Both the position numbers and the translations under genes were made by a program. This document shows, one piece after another, positions 18,787 to 31,545 of a stretch of DNA of 64,000 nucleotides (the stretch's first letter is position 1; the number at the start of each line of letters is the position of its first letter). Source of the DNA: Chrysomallon squamiferum (taxonomy: Eukaryota > Animalia > Mollusca); the NCBI GenBank assembly GCA_012295275.1, contig CM022677.1, forward strand, positions 6,572,001 to 6,636,000. Direction: 5' to 3'. The notes beneath the pieces are model-generated. The model had not been told where the DNA came from and searched no databases. It saw nothing but the letters and a program-made list of their open reading frames with translations.

Positions 18787-20299
18787 CTGAAACAAAAGTA
18801 TTTTATTATTTTAAATATTCTCAGTGACTTTATAAACTTAGATTACAGTACAGAGAAGAATGTATTACAGATATAATAACAAGATTAAAATGCAGTAACA
18901 ATAAAAAAAGAATACAGTGACAAATAATCATAATAACAATAATTAATAATGATGGTACTAATAATTACAACAGTAATAATAATAATAATAATAATAAAAC
19001 AAACCACAAGACCTCATCAAGAATTAATAATAATGATATATGTTTACAATGAAGTCAGCTCTTGAAATGTTTATGGCTTATGAAAAATAAATGAAATTGT
19101 ATTATTTAGTATTTTGAAATGAAATAAATCTTTATTATTATTTAATTTAATATTATAAATGTACAATGTACAATATAAGACTGATAAAAATGTTAGTTGT
19201 TAAAGCCAGTCTCAGGTTAGGTTCAGGTTTTATTAAGAAATAATTTTTCACTGTTGTTGTAGTTTGTTACTTATAATCATTTCTTTAGCAGTTTTCAATC
19301 TTTACATAAAATACCTTACACTGACTTCAATAACCAAATTTCATTTCTGTCTCTGAAACAGATGATGTTAAATAAAATGAATTTTTAGCTTTAGTTACCT
19401 GTTTTCTTTGTTCTTATTTATTTGTTTATTTATTTATCTACTTTTCAAAAATGAACTAACAGGACTTATTGAACAGTGCCTAACTGTAAATTCTGATGAA
19501 TGTTTTTATTTTTTTTATTTTCCTAAGATAGCAAAAATTACTGAGTCACTTGTCAATCATTTAAAAAATATTTTTTTTTATATTTGACTGAATATTTTTA
19601 ACTTCAGTTTTTTCAAATATTTAATCAGTTTTCTGCAAGTAACCCCAGTCAGGGGTTTCAACCAAACACTTTGAAGCATAAATAAATTATTTTTTACTCA
19701 TTTTGTCTTGACACAGTCTAGCAAAGAAAATGTTTCAAGTGGAGCTGAGTGTTTATGTAAATACATCTTCAATATGTCATAGACTATTATATTTACTGTG
19801 GAATAGTTCTCACTCAGGAAACTATTGAACTATTTAAAACACAACAAATACATGTAGGTATATAGTGTGTAGAAATCATTTTTAAAAAACAAACAGTAAA
19901 TAAATAAGTATTTCTACAAGTATGATATTGTTGTACTATTTACATATATCAAGATGAACTGTGTCTGTCATGAAGTGATCAAGATTTGGAATGAAGAATG
20001 TAGTAGATTATTGAACACTGAAGTCTACAAATTCTCTAAGTATGTTTACACAAGCAGAACAATAGAGAAGAACAACAATATTTATTTCACAGATATATTT
20101 ATTGTCACTCTGTTGTAAAATATTATACATGTTTATACATATTTGTACCAAAAATAAAAAAGTAAGAACTTCTAATGGTATTAAATAAGTTAATATATTA
20201 TAAAATACTTTAAGAATTAAACTGAATACAAATAAACATGAGTAGACTTACTAAAAAACTGAGAAGACAGGAAAATGACAAATATAAACTACACCTGAA

Positions 20300-21535
20300 G
20301 AAAATGTTAAGCACTGCTAATGAAATATTCAGCAGTATGTCATGTCTTCCTGACAATGATTCCAAATTTCACTCTAGTTACCCACTGTATTTGAAAGCTG
20401 ATCAAAATTTCTGTTGCAAGTGAGTGTATTGTGAATGGACTAAGAACATTATCACATCAAATCTGTGTAAAATGAAATTAACATATATGAAAAAATAACT
20501 TTTGGATATTCCTTGTTTGTTTAGTGATGAAGATGTTGTGAGAATACTGCACAAATCAGGTGTTATTCCAACATTTAATACATTCTGTGAGGCAGCATGT
20601 TATAAAAACAGACATTGCTGCAATATTCAAAGAACTGTTACAGTATAAAAAGGAGATATAAGTGACTCTGTGTTCACACTTGTTATGTCTTTCTATTTGT
20701 TCAGGTAATATGAACATTGCCTGTCTGTTGGCTGACATGATAAACACAGAAACACAACAGTGAAATCATGGAAAAAGCCATTAAACTATCGCTGGTTAGG
20801 TAAGACTTGAATCAAGTAACATGCATTTTGAGAATTCAAAGACTTTTAGAGTTGTTGATGTAAGCTATCTATATAAGAAACTGGTTACCACTGATGTAAT
20901 AAACAAAAAGAAAGAAACAGTTATAGTTGGTGCTGGTCAAATCATTTCAAGTGTTAATAAAAGATATAGCAAAACTGAAGTCTGATGGTTTAAATTATGA
21001 GAACTGATACAGTGAATTTTCTCACTGAGCAGAGATGTAATGATAAAGATGAGAACAACTGGAAGAAACGTGAATTACTGAAAGTGACGTTTAACAGTGC
21101 AGATATCGTCTAATGTAAATATTAACCAGAAATTGTTTGAGTTGTTTGAAGAGCAAACTATATTAAAACTGCTTGATAAAAATAAAATTAGACTGAAACA
21201 ATTGTCTGTTGACAAAACTAGACAAACAGGTGTCTGATGACAAAACAAGACAAACATGATAGAAATTGTTTCTTCAAAATAAACTTAGCTTCAAACTGTT
21301 GACTTCAGACTCACCTCTCCACATTTCAGTTCTATGTGGTGACTTACATAAACAAATTCAATGATAAAGAGAAAATTTGATGTTAATGCAGTAAACAGTG
21401 AGGGAAAAACTGCACTTCATGAAGCTATAAAAGCTATATCAGAGAATTGATTTGCTTTGCTGTTTCTGGAAAATGGTGCTGATACTCACATGACAGATAC
21501 ACAAAATAATTCAGCATTGCACATGCATGGAAATG
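20300..21535 (+). pseudogene. Ankyrin-repeat protein pseudogene fragment
   Basis: From 21361: MIKRKFDVNAVNSEGKTALHEAIKAISEN*FALLFLENGADTHMTDTQNNSALHMHG (clear ANK consensus, stop at 21448). DSPLHISVLCGDL lies at ~21308 and the weaker CLFSDEDVVRILHKSGVIPT at ~20515. The 5' boundary is uncertain. Confidence 0.75.
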
Positions 21536-21639
21536 AAAGTTTTGTTTCTCATTTCTCTGTGAAAATATATAATGTTTATTGGTTTCAAATGTTATTTTAT
21601 CTGGGTTTTTTCAATGTAAATTATTGCAAAAATACATGA

Positions 21640-24086
21640 GTATGCAATGTGAAAATGCAAATAAAAAAGGTGAAAAGAAAAAACTAAGAGTAAGAACATA
21701 AGATGACAGAAAATAGCAGTAGCCAAGCTGGTCAAGAAGTCGCCACACTGAGGAGATCATATACACAAACAGTGAGCTTGGATGTTCATCTGCTTCATTT
21801 TATCAGTCAACACCAATGCAACAGTCTCAGCAGTCACAGTATGGACAATACAGACAAACCTAATGATCCCACTGGCAGTATTCTGGTTTAATTTCACCAG
21901 TTGTGCACAGTCAAGATGTCAGTATAAAATTAGCTACTTTGACTAGAAAGTTAGATATAATGTGTGATAAACTGGGAAAATTGGACATAATCAAAAAACA
22001 ACTGAATAGTATGGAAATAACTGTAAAGGTATCAGTGGTAAAATGATTGATATTAAGAAAAAAGTACAAGATATGGAAAAGGTTAGTGAATTACATTCAC
22101 TAACAGTTTGAAAGGAATAAAAGGATCTCAGATATTTGAAATCTGTTGTGTCAGATATGAACAGTTTCTACCCGTGAAATGAGAGATAATAATGAAAGTA
22201 TGAAACAACAAATATGTGAATTAAAACCTGAGTTTAGAATCTCAAGAGAAAAACACAATGACCTACAAACTGGCTTCATGTGTGACGATTTAATCTTTAG
22301 TGGGATACCAGAGAAAGACACAGATGAGGAGTTGAAAAGGTTTATAAAAAATGAAATGAAAGTAGAAGATAATATTGATTTAACAGAGTGAACAACTGGG
22401 GAGAAGTTTGATGGATATATAAGGCCTATTGTTGCTAAATTCATTTTATATAAAGACAGAGAAATAGTGAGAAGAGCTGCACCCAAAACAAACCATAATG
22501 AGCAACTCTTGAAAGAAATTAATGACAGGAGAAAATTACTATATCCACATTACAAACCAGTAAAGGAAAAGACTAATCTTAAATGCTGATAATCTGTATG
22601 TCGAGGTCAGGCTGTTTACACTGCGAGAGGTTGGGCCAGAAGCCAGTAACACAAACATAACAACTTGGCTAACAGAAACAAGACAACAGAGATCACACAA
22701 CACAAACATAACAACTCAGTCAACAGAAACAAGACAACAGAGATCACCCAACACAAACATAACAACTCAGCCAACAGAAACAAGACAACAGAGATCACAC
22801 AACACAAACATAACAACTCAGCCAACAGAAACAAGAAAACAGAGATCACTCAACACAAACATAACAACTCAGTCAACAGAAACAAGAAAACAGAGATTAC
22901 ACAACACAAACATAACAACTCAGCCAACAGAAACAAGACAACAGAGATCACACAACACAAACATAACAACTCATCCAACAGAAACAAGACAACAGAGATC
23001 ACACAACACAAACATAACAACTCAGTCAACAGAAACAAGACAACAGAGATCACACAACACAAACATAACAACTCAGTCAACAGAAACAAGAAAACAGAGA
23101 TCACACAACACAAACATAACAACTCAGTCAACAGAAACAAGACAACAGAGATCACACAACACAAACATAACAACTCAGCCAAAAGAAACAACAGAGATCA
23201 CACAACACAAACATAACAACTCAGTCAACAGAAACAAGAAAACAGAGATCACACAACACAAACATAACAACTCAGTCAACAGAAACAAGACAACAGAGAT
23301 CACACAACACAAACATAACAACTCAGAAACAAGAAAACAGAGATCACACAACACAAACATAACAACTCAGTCAACAGAAACAAGACAACAGAGATCACAC
23401 AACACAAACATAACAACTCAGTCAACAGAAACAAGAAAACAGAGATCACACAACACAACCCAAACTCTGACTGAGACAAGTCAGTTCACTCAGTGCAATA
23501 CAACAATGGAGGAGGACAAGTCTTACCAAATGAAAACAGTGTTGAACAAATGTCAGAAAACTCTCTCATTTGTAAAAATACCCCACAAAAAAATCATAAA
23601 GAAGTAATCCCTTAAGTTTTAAAAGTAATAGAGATTAATAAGTAAGCTCAGAGATACTTGAAACTGTCACTAATTAATATTCTTTATTATAAAGCATATG
23701 CTAAAAACAGAGTTTCTTTATCTCAACGTAAATCTGGGGGTGTAGCTGTGTATACAAAAAATTATCTACTAAAACATATGAATATTATTGAATCACAGTG
23801 TAAATGTAGTATGTGACTAGGCACAGAAGGCAGGATTTTACACACAGACGATAATATTTTAATTGGTATTGTATATATTCCACCAGAGAATTCATATTGT
23901 TAAGCATCTGATGATTTTGACCAGCTTGAAAATGAATATTTCTCATTTGTGAATAAATGTAACCTGATCTGTGTTATTGGTGACTTCAGCAGTAGAACAG
24001 CTGATAATGTTTTTATTATTATGGAAGAAAATGAATATAGTGGTTTAATCACTGATGGTGTATTTGAACTTAACAGGTTAAATAGA
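21640..24086 (+). mobile_element. Degenerate LINE (CR1/L2-like), 5' half: ORF1 coiled-coil/RRM plus start of the ORF2 APE endonuclease
   Basis: ORF1 remnants: LDIMCDKLGKLDII, DLIFSGIPEKDT, RPIVAKFILYKDREIVRRAAP, EINDRRKLLYPHY. Endonuclease remnants at 23725-24000: RKSGGVAVY, LIGIVYIPPENS, ICVIGDFSSRT. The element is cut at TTAA by a piggyBac. Confidence 0.8.
22650..23460. repeat. 51-bp minisatellite (cacaaacataacaactcagtcaacagaaacaagacaacagagatcacacaa), ~16 copies
   Basis: Read directly. Sits between LINE ORF1 and ORF2 and produces the 17-aa-repeat ORF 22665..23216. Confidence 0.95.
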
Positions 24087-24140
24087 TTAACCCTTTGAAC
24101 CTGCCAGGCTGGTTTTCCACCCTGTGCAATGTAGTGTATG

Positions 24141-25784
24141 TGTTACAGTCAATGCACATTTGGTGAAATGCCTCTGACTGCTAGTCATTTGGCCATGTTT
24201 TGTTTTTGTTTTGTACTAATCAGCCTGTGTCCTGTGCGAACAGTTCTTACAACTGTTTATTTTACATCTTCTTTGAACTTAGTTGTCTTTGTTTTGTACT
24301 AATCAGCCTGCGTTCTTAAAGCAACACTAAGATTACACTGCTTTGAACATGCAAATCCCTTGGCCTATAAATATTTGGACCATTATGGTTCAGATATCAT
24401 TTGTCAGTAGACGCTACATTCAAAAATGAGTTATATAAGAAATAGGAATCTCTAAAAAAGGTACTTATACCAAAACCAGAGTACTTTTTGTTGATAAATG
24501 AACTGAAGCATTTAACTGAACAATCATCAGCTAAGTCACAACAAGGTTATTATCTTCTGTCCAAGTATGAGATTCTTCAGTGTGGTGATGTTGATAAGTT
24601 GATAAGACATCACACATCCAATGATGACCCGAGTATTACATGCACTTCAAAGAGACATTCAATGTTATCAAACGTGCACACATTGGTACTAGCCACGGTG
24701 GTTGCAGTCAAATGGTAAAAGAGTTAGGCAAGAAGTATGCCAATGTTACCAGGGATTCTACTGAACTGTTTAAGTCAATGTGCACTGACTGTCAGAGTAA
24801 ACTGATGACAAAGGGTGTGGTTGTCCGACTGATCTTGTCTAAAGAGTTCTCTGCTCGTGGTCAAGTAGATCTCACTGATATGCAATCGTTTCCGCGTCTT
24901 TAGAAACAACTCAACCTCTACCAGAAATGAATCTACCTCTCCCAGAAACGATTCAACCTCTCCCAGAAACAACTCAACCTCTCCCAGAAACGATTCAACA
25001 TCTACCAGAAACCATTCAACTCAACCTCTACCAGAAACAACTCAATTTCTATCAGAAAAAACACAACTTCTATCAGAAACGACTCAAACTCTACCAGAAA
25101 CAACTCAACATCTACCAGAAACTCAACCTCTACCAGAAATGACTCAGCCTCTACCAGAAATGACTCAACCTCTATCAGAAACGACTCAACCTCTCCCAGA
25201 AACAACTCAACCTCTACCAGAAACAACTCAACCTCTACCAGAAACAACTCAACCTCTACCAGAAATGACTCAACCTTTAGCAGAAACGACTCAACCTCTA
25301 CCAGAGGTGTTTTATTAGCTGTAGAAAATGGACAATATACCATTAGTTGCCCTTCTGGTATTCTGAAAGGGAAATATACCAGTTTGATTTATGTCCTCAG
25401 AGACTCCTGAGTGAATCTGACATTAACAGTGTGTCAATTCGTCAAGCCAACAAAAAGCAGTCTCAACACGTGGTCAGGGTTTTGTCAAGTGCAGTTGTAA
25501 TGGATCTAAGAGATGTCGGAGCAAGAGATGTGCTTGTTTCAAAAATAATGTTTTGTGTAATAGCAGATGTCACAACAATGTAAATTGTTTAAATAAATGA
25601 AGTATATAATACATGTCGCCAACTCATTATACTGATGAAGTTGTTCTTTCATGTATTTGATTATTCAATACAGATAAAACATAGTTTAGTTATTAGAAAA
25701 CACCCTAGAAATACCCTTTAGCCAAATGACTGGACATTTTAGTCATTTTGATCAAATGACTGGTTTGACACACTGACTGTAACA
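24141..25784 (+). mobile_element. Ginger2/KRBA2(SCAND3)-like integrase transposon, internally deleted, nested in the piggyBac
   Basis: TIRs TGTTACAGTCA...TGACTGTAACA with flanks tatg/tata. Motifs RAHIGTSHGG..KYANVTR...CTDCQ and RGQVDLTDMQS. C-terminus GQGFVKCSCNGSKRCRSKRCACFKNNVLCNSRCHNNVNCLNK*. Most of the DDE core is missing. Confidence 0.8.
24903..25305. repeat. 21-bp minisatellite (aacaactcaacctctaccaga), ~19 copies
   Basis: Read directly. It occupies the place of the deleted integrase core. Confidence 0.92.
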
Positions 25785-28039
25785 TATACCTGCTCGTATT
25801 ATCGGCCATACTTCTGGCAGGAAGCTTCAATACTTTTTTAGCAAACAATTGCAGTGTTAGGAGTATTTTTTGCCATAAACATGAGTGGTATGAAAGTGAC
25901 AACCAAGCAGATATTACAAATGATAATGTCAGATTCTGAGGATGAGAATGAAGTATTGGAATATGGAAATAATAGTGATTTTGAAAGTGAAGAGAGTGAC
26001 AATGATGTTGTCAATGATACAAATAATAATAACATGAATGCACGTGAAGGTGAAAATGAAAGTGATTCTGCTGATAATCACAGCCCAGGTGGTGATGTTT
26101 TACTAGCTGTTAGAGGGTGTGGCTGTGGTAGAGGTCATGGTCGAGGTGTGTGTTGGAATTCTCAGCCACAGGTAGATCAGCAATAATCAGAGTAGCCCTG
26201 CTGACATTTTGACGTTATGATTTGTGGCAGCTCTTTGTTGTTGAAACTGGTACAACATAACAGAGAAGCAAAACCTTCACATTATTATTCAAAATCGTTT
26301 AGTTCACTGACAGAGATAAAAGCCTTGACCATCACACCAGGATTTGCATAGATTTTTACAAGAGAAAGATTTTTTAGCAATATGGTCTATGCTACATAGT
26401 GTAAATGAATTAGACCCAGAGCTAGACAAATCTGATAAGATGTACAAATCATGGGCCATGTTCAATCACTTGATGCATTATACACCAAGAAGCAATCTGT
26501 CACTTGATGAGGGGATAATTTCAACAAAAAACTCCCTATCTATAAAACAGAGTATCAAAGATAAACTCATAAACTCAAATACAGAAGTGTATACAGATCG
26601 AAGAAACGATGCTGAAACCATTGAAAATCTTGGTATATCTGGAAACCTTGTTGTTTGTATGTTGGAACCGTTTCGTGACCAGGGTTACTGTGGGTTTACA
26701 GACAGATTCTACACTAGTGTATATTTGTGCGAGTTTTTGCTGGAAAAGAGAGGAATCTGCCTTGTGGACAAATCACAAACTTTTTCCAAAAACAAATGAC
26801 CGAATCAAAATGTCAAATGAGAAGGGCGCAGTTTGAACTATTGTTCAATAGAATTGTACAGCAATTGTTACAGTGACAAAAAGCCCATTTATTTTTTAAC
26901 TTCTTCATTTACAAAGATATGATAGTAAAGAGCAGAGAAGAAAAACTCTGCCATGAACTTGTAGGCAATTATCACCATTTTCAGTGAAAGTTAATCTGTA
27001 CACAGACAAACACCTCCAAGATTACAGACCTCATGAGCTGGAAAGAGCCTCCCCATGCAACATCAAACAGTAGGTGTGTAGTGTGTCTGGAAAAGGCCAG
27101 AAAAGGTATACAAGATAAATATATGAGACATCCAAATATAATTTCTTGTAATAATTTGTTTAACAATACAAATATCTTGTATTAAAAAAGCTATTTTAGT
27201 TTATAAGAACTATATGTGAGAGAGTATGTGCTACTCTATACATGTGCATTTTAATGTTGTTATTATATGTCTGTAATACATTCTTCACTGTACTGTAATC
27301 TACAGTTTATGAAAATAAAGTCATTGTCACTGTACAACTGAGTCTCATCTCCTGTAAAAACACACAATGCACCTGACTTTTATTTGTAGAATTCTCTGGT
27401 TATTAATTATTACTCCTTTTTATATAAATAAATAAAATAAATAAATAAATAAATAAGCAAATAAATAAACAAATAAATAAATAAAGTAAAAATACAGAGA
27501 AAAGTAAAAAGAATCTTAGAATCAGAGAGGCTGTTATTTTTATTGTTGCTGTGTCATTTCATGAGTTGTCTTAATAATTATTCCTTATTATATTATATTT
27601 TTATGTATGCTGCTTAATTCAGAAAATATTTTGCATAGAATTTTGTAAAAAACTGAAATAAAAACTTCTGAAACTAAACAGTTTAAGTCCACAGTATATT
27701 GGTTTCTTCAATTCCCATAAATACATGATGAAAATAATGACATGTCCTTGTTATAAAACGATTCAATAAATTAAGTCAGCATGAATCAGTATAATTATAG
27801 TAAACTAAAATTTGAAATATAACCTTTTTAAAATCTTTTGTTTTGTATTATAATGCAATTTAATGATGCAGTTATCAATTCAAATTATTTACTGAAAGAT
27901 AACCTTAAACTAGGGAGATAACACATATGTATAAAACAAAATTTTTCATTCAGAAACACCTTTAACAAAATTAATATAGATCTGTTTTTTCTATATGAAC
28001 TGATTTTACTCAAAAGCTAAAACTAAAAGGCTAAAAAGC

Positions 28040-29890
28040 TAAAAGATCAGGTGGCAGAGTTGCAGGCTGCTTTACAGGAAGAAATAGCTGTGACTCAATT
28101 ACTTAATGAGGAAATGCTGAGTCCTATACAACGAGAAAGAACTAAACCTGTTTATTTTATATCGGAAACGAGATAAAGGTAAGCAAATTTAATGGGTCAG
28201 ACAATGGCTTCAAATTTAGAGATTTTCAGGATCAGGTAGAAAGGATATTTCTACATCAGAATCTTACAGAAAAGTAGCAGGCTAGTTTTCTATTAGAAGG
28301 TGAAGTGAAAGAAGAAATTAGGTTGAGGTCACAACAAGACCAATGGAATCCTGAAGTGGTCTGGGATGTTCTGCATAAGATTTTTGAAGATAGATAATCA
28401 GTGGCATGAACTTCAGAAGTTATTTTTTGATCAATCACAGAAGGAAGGCAAATCAATGAGAGAATTCTCTTACTGTCTGTCTGAATTATTAGATAGAGTG
28501 TACAGGAAAAACACAGCTATGGTGCCTGCCAAGAATAATATGAGTGACTCAAGTCTGAAGAAAGAACTAAAACAATTAGTCTGGCAGAGAGATGGCATGA
28601 CCTTTCTGCAGTTACGGGAAGAAGCCTTTAAACTTTGGAAGATATGGGGTGTTCCAGCACTGCAAAACACAAAAAACATCCAGAACATTGGTTGCAGATG
28701 TCACTTCTTAACCATCAACATACCAAAGCAGCATAAGCAGATAGAAAATCTATCTGAAATGTTTGCAACTACACTGCATCGTATTCAGCAAACTACTTCT
28801 CCACCAGCGTTCAACCCTCCTGTTTGCTTTAGCTGCAGCAGCCCTCGCCATTTCACAAGGGACTGCGCTAGAAACTGGCAGAGAGATTTTCCCAGAGGTA
28901 GGTGGATAAGCAGAAGAGGAAGACGTCAATACCCTGTACACTCTACCATGAGGTACAACAAGAGGACGAGGTTTGGTTGGAGACGAGCAGGAAACTTCGA
29001 CTCTCTACTGTTGTGAGTCAAGGAAAAATGTTCTGACTTATCTGAGGCTGTTTCCAATCAAGAGTTTGCCAGAATGTTTCTGACTGTCCTATAGTCCAAG
29101 TGTCTATGGGTGGGGTCCAAGTTGATTGTTTGTTAGATACTGGGTCAATGGTAACTAACATAACTGAAGATTTCTTCAACAATAACTTTGCTCCACTTAG
29201 TATTTAGCTCCTTGCAAGTCAATGATGGCTCTTGCTTAAGGCTGCCAATGGATTGGATATTCCCTACTGTGGATATATTGAACTGGACATTGAGGCACTA
29301 GGCAGATTAATTCCTTACAGAGGAATCCTGTTGGTGAACAGGGTTAAAAAGGAGCACGTATAGCTATGGAGGGAGCCAGTACCATGTGTATTTATGCAAG
29401 TTTTCGATGTCTGGGAGCAGTACTATCACAAGAGCAGAAGGATCAAAGGAAAGTAATTTCACATGCAAGCTGGACCAGAAGACCCAGTGAAAGCAACATG
29501 AATAATTACAGCTTTTTGCTCTGAAATGGGCTGTGACTGAAAAGATTAAAGATTATCTCCTCGGACACAAATTTACTGTCTATGCAGACAACAATCCACT
29601 AAGTCATCTTGGTACTGCAAAATTACGTGCAGTGGAACAGAGATGGGTGTCTCAGCTGGCAGCAGTTGATGTTGATTTGAAATATTCAGCACAGCACAAA
29701 AAAGATTACTGATGGTCTATCCTGGAAGAAATTTCACTGAATGATGTCTACTTCAGTGGAAGCTGCTTTAGAGATATTGCTAGTAGTACAGAAGTTCCAC
29801 ACACAATGAGACAAGTTCTAAACAGTGGTGGAAGAAAAGTCATACAAGCAACAGTCACAGCTGAACAGTTTAATGAAACTGTGGAAGCCA
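28040..29890 (+). mobile_element. Degenerate Ty3/Gypsy LTR retrotransposon internal region (gag, protease, RNase H; RT deleted)
   Basis: Gag with Zn knuckle CFSCSSPRHFTRDC (ORF 28366). Protease VDCLLDTGSMVT...KAANGLDIPYCGYIELD at ~29120-29290. RNase H LGAVLSQ...LKWAVTEKIKDYLLGHKFTVYADNNPLSHL...EQRWVSQLA at ~29410-29670. No LTRs were recognised. Confidence 0.88.
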
Positions 29891-29896
29891 TAACTA

Positions 29897-30540
<644 letters not shown>

Positions 30541-31189
30541 CAGCAATTATAAAGGTAATCATATTAGGCAATGTGTGTCAGTTATTAAAATGTGTGTCAG
30601 CGAGGTAAGCTTGACACTTTAAATTGGTTATTAGACAGTTTGACATACAACTTTTAATAAAATAGAATAAATTCAGTGGCTGATACGGTGGAAGTGAACT
30701 TTACTTTTTTATTATTTTTTTTTTTTACTGTTCATTCCAAATATAATTAATGAATTTTACAAAGTCACTGTACTAATCAAAATACATCAAGCATGATGTA
30801 TATTGCTATTTTAATCCTTTTATATAAAAGTTAAAAACATAATGTTAATCTGATTGCAAATAAGAATATAAAAACATTTGATAAATTATTTTTATTAAAA
30901 TTACATGCTGTAATCTGAAATACATACATTTAATACTTTACATGGTAAGTGAGGGATATTAATAACATCAAACTACAAATTTATACAAATGTTCAGTTCA
31001 CTACTCTATTAGGCTGTCCTGCAAATTATTGCATTGATTCTATTAATTTTCAGTTAATTTTACAAAAATACAAATTATTATATTTTCAAATATGTGGTTT
31101 AATTCAGTATAAGAGAAAACATTTTGCACAGAATTATTCAAAACTGAAATAAAATGGAAAGGTTTACAATGAATAAAGTATTTAAATAC

Positions 31190-31321
31190 CTGCTGGACAG
31201 TAACAAATACTTCAACTCTACTGGAGACTCGAGCTGCTCTTTGGTCCAAAATGTCAATCTGAGTTTGTATTTTAGAAACAATTTCTTGAATATTTGTATC
31301 CTTAACAAGCTGATTTAACTT
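31190..31321 (-). CDS. Isolated intact 132-nt phase 0-0 exon of an unidentified gene (helical or coiled-coil-like)
   Basis: tattttcag|AAGTTA...CAGCAG|gtattt, open throughout: KLNQLVKDTNIQEIVSKIQTQIDILDQRAARVSSRVEVFVTVQQ. Confidence 0.4.
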
Positions 31322-31545
31322 CTGAAAATAAACAGTTTAAATCCACAGTTTAGTATATTGCTGACATTGGACAAGAGAGAGAGAGAGAGAGAGCATAAGA
31401 TTTACATGCATATCGTATTGAAAAACAAAAAAGAAAACCAGACCTAATATTATAATATATGAATTTTGTTGATTAACTAGTTATTAAGACTACAACCTGA
31501 TTTATTATTTTATTTACAAACATTGTGCTATTAAACAAACCATAC

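Larger units (their letters stand above)
16440..18830 (+). repeat. Second segmental duplication, copy A (paralogous to ~32890-34870)
   Basis: Collinear intron and exon similarity, for example 16801 caaacagggtttgttt vs 33190, and 17545-17790 vs 33785-34015. Confidence 0.9.
24091..27180 (+). mobile_element. Degenerate piggyBac transposon (PGBD4-like transposase), interrupted near its left end
   Basis: Left end TTAA|CCCTTTGAACC. Acidic N-terminus in ORF 25854. DDE_Tnp_1_7-like motifs YTPRSNLSLDEG and GFTDRFYTSVYL in ORF 26344. C-terminal RCVVC at ~27072. The right TIR was not found. Confidence 0.85.

Noticed and set aside
22650-23460. 51-bp array as a CRISPR array, or ORF 22665..23216 as a repeat protein
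   Set aside because: The units are contiguous with no unique spacers, the context is eukaryotic with no cas genes, and the ORF is a by-product of a stop-free 51-bp unit.
29334-29346. gtgaacagggttaa as the piggyBac right end
   Set aside because: It is a poor match to the expected gttcaaagggttaa and lies at the end of the Gypsy protease coding sequence.
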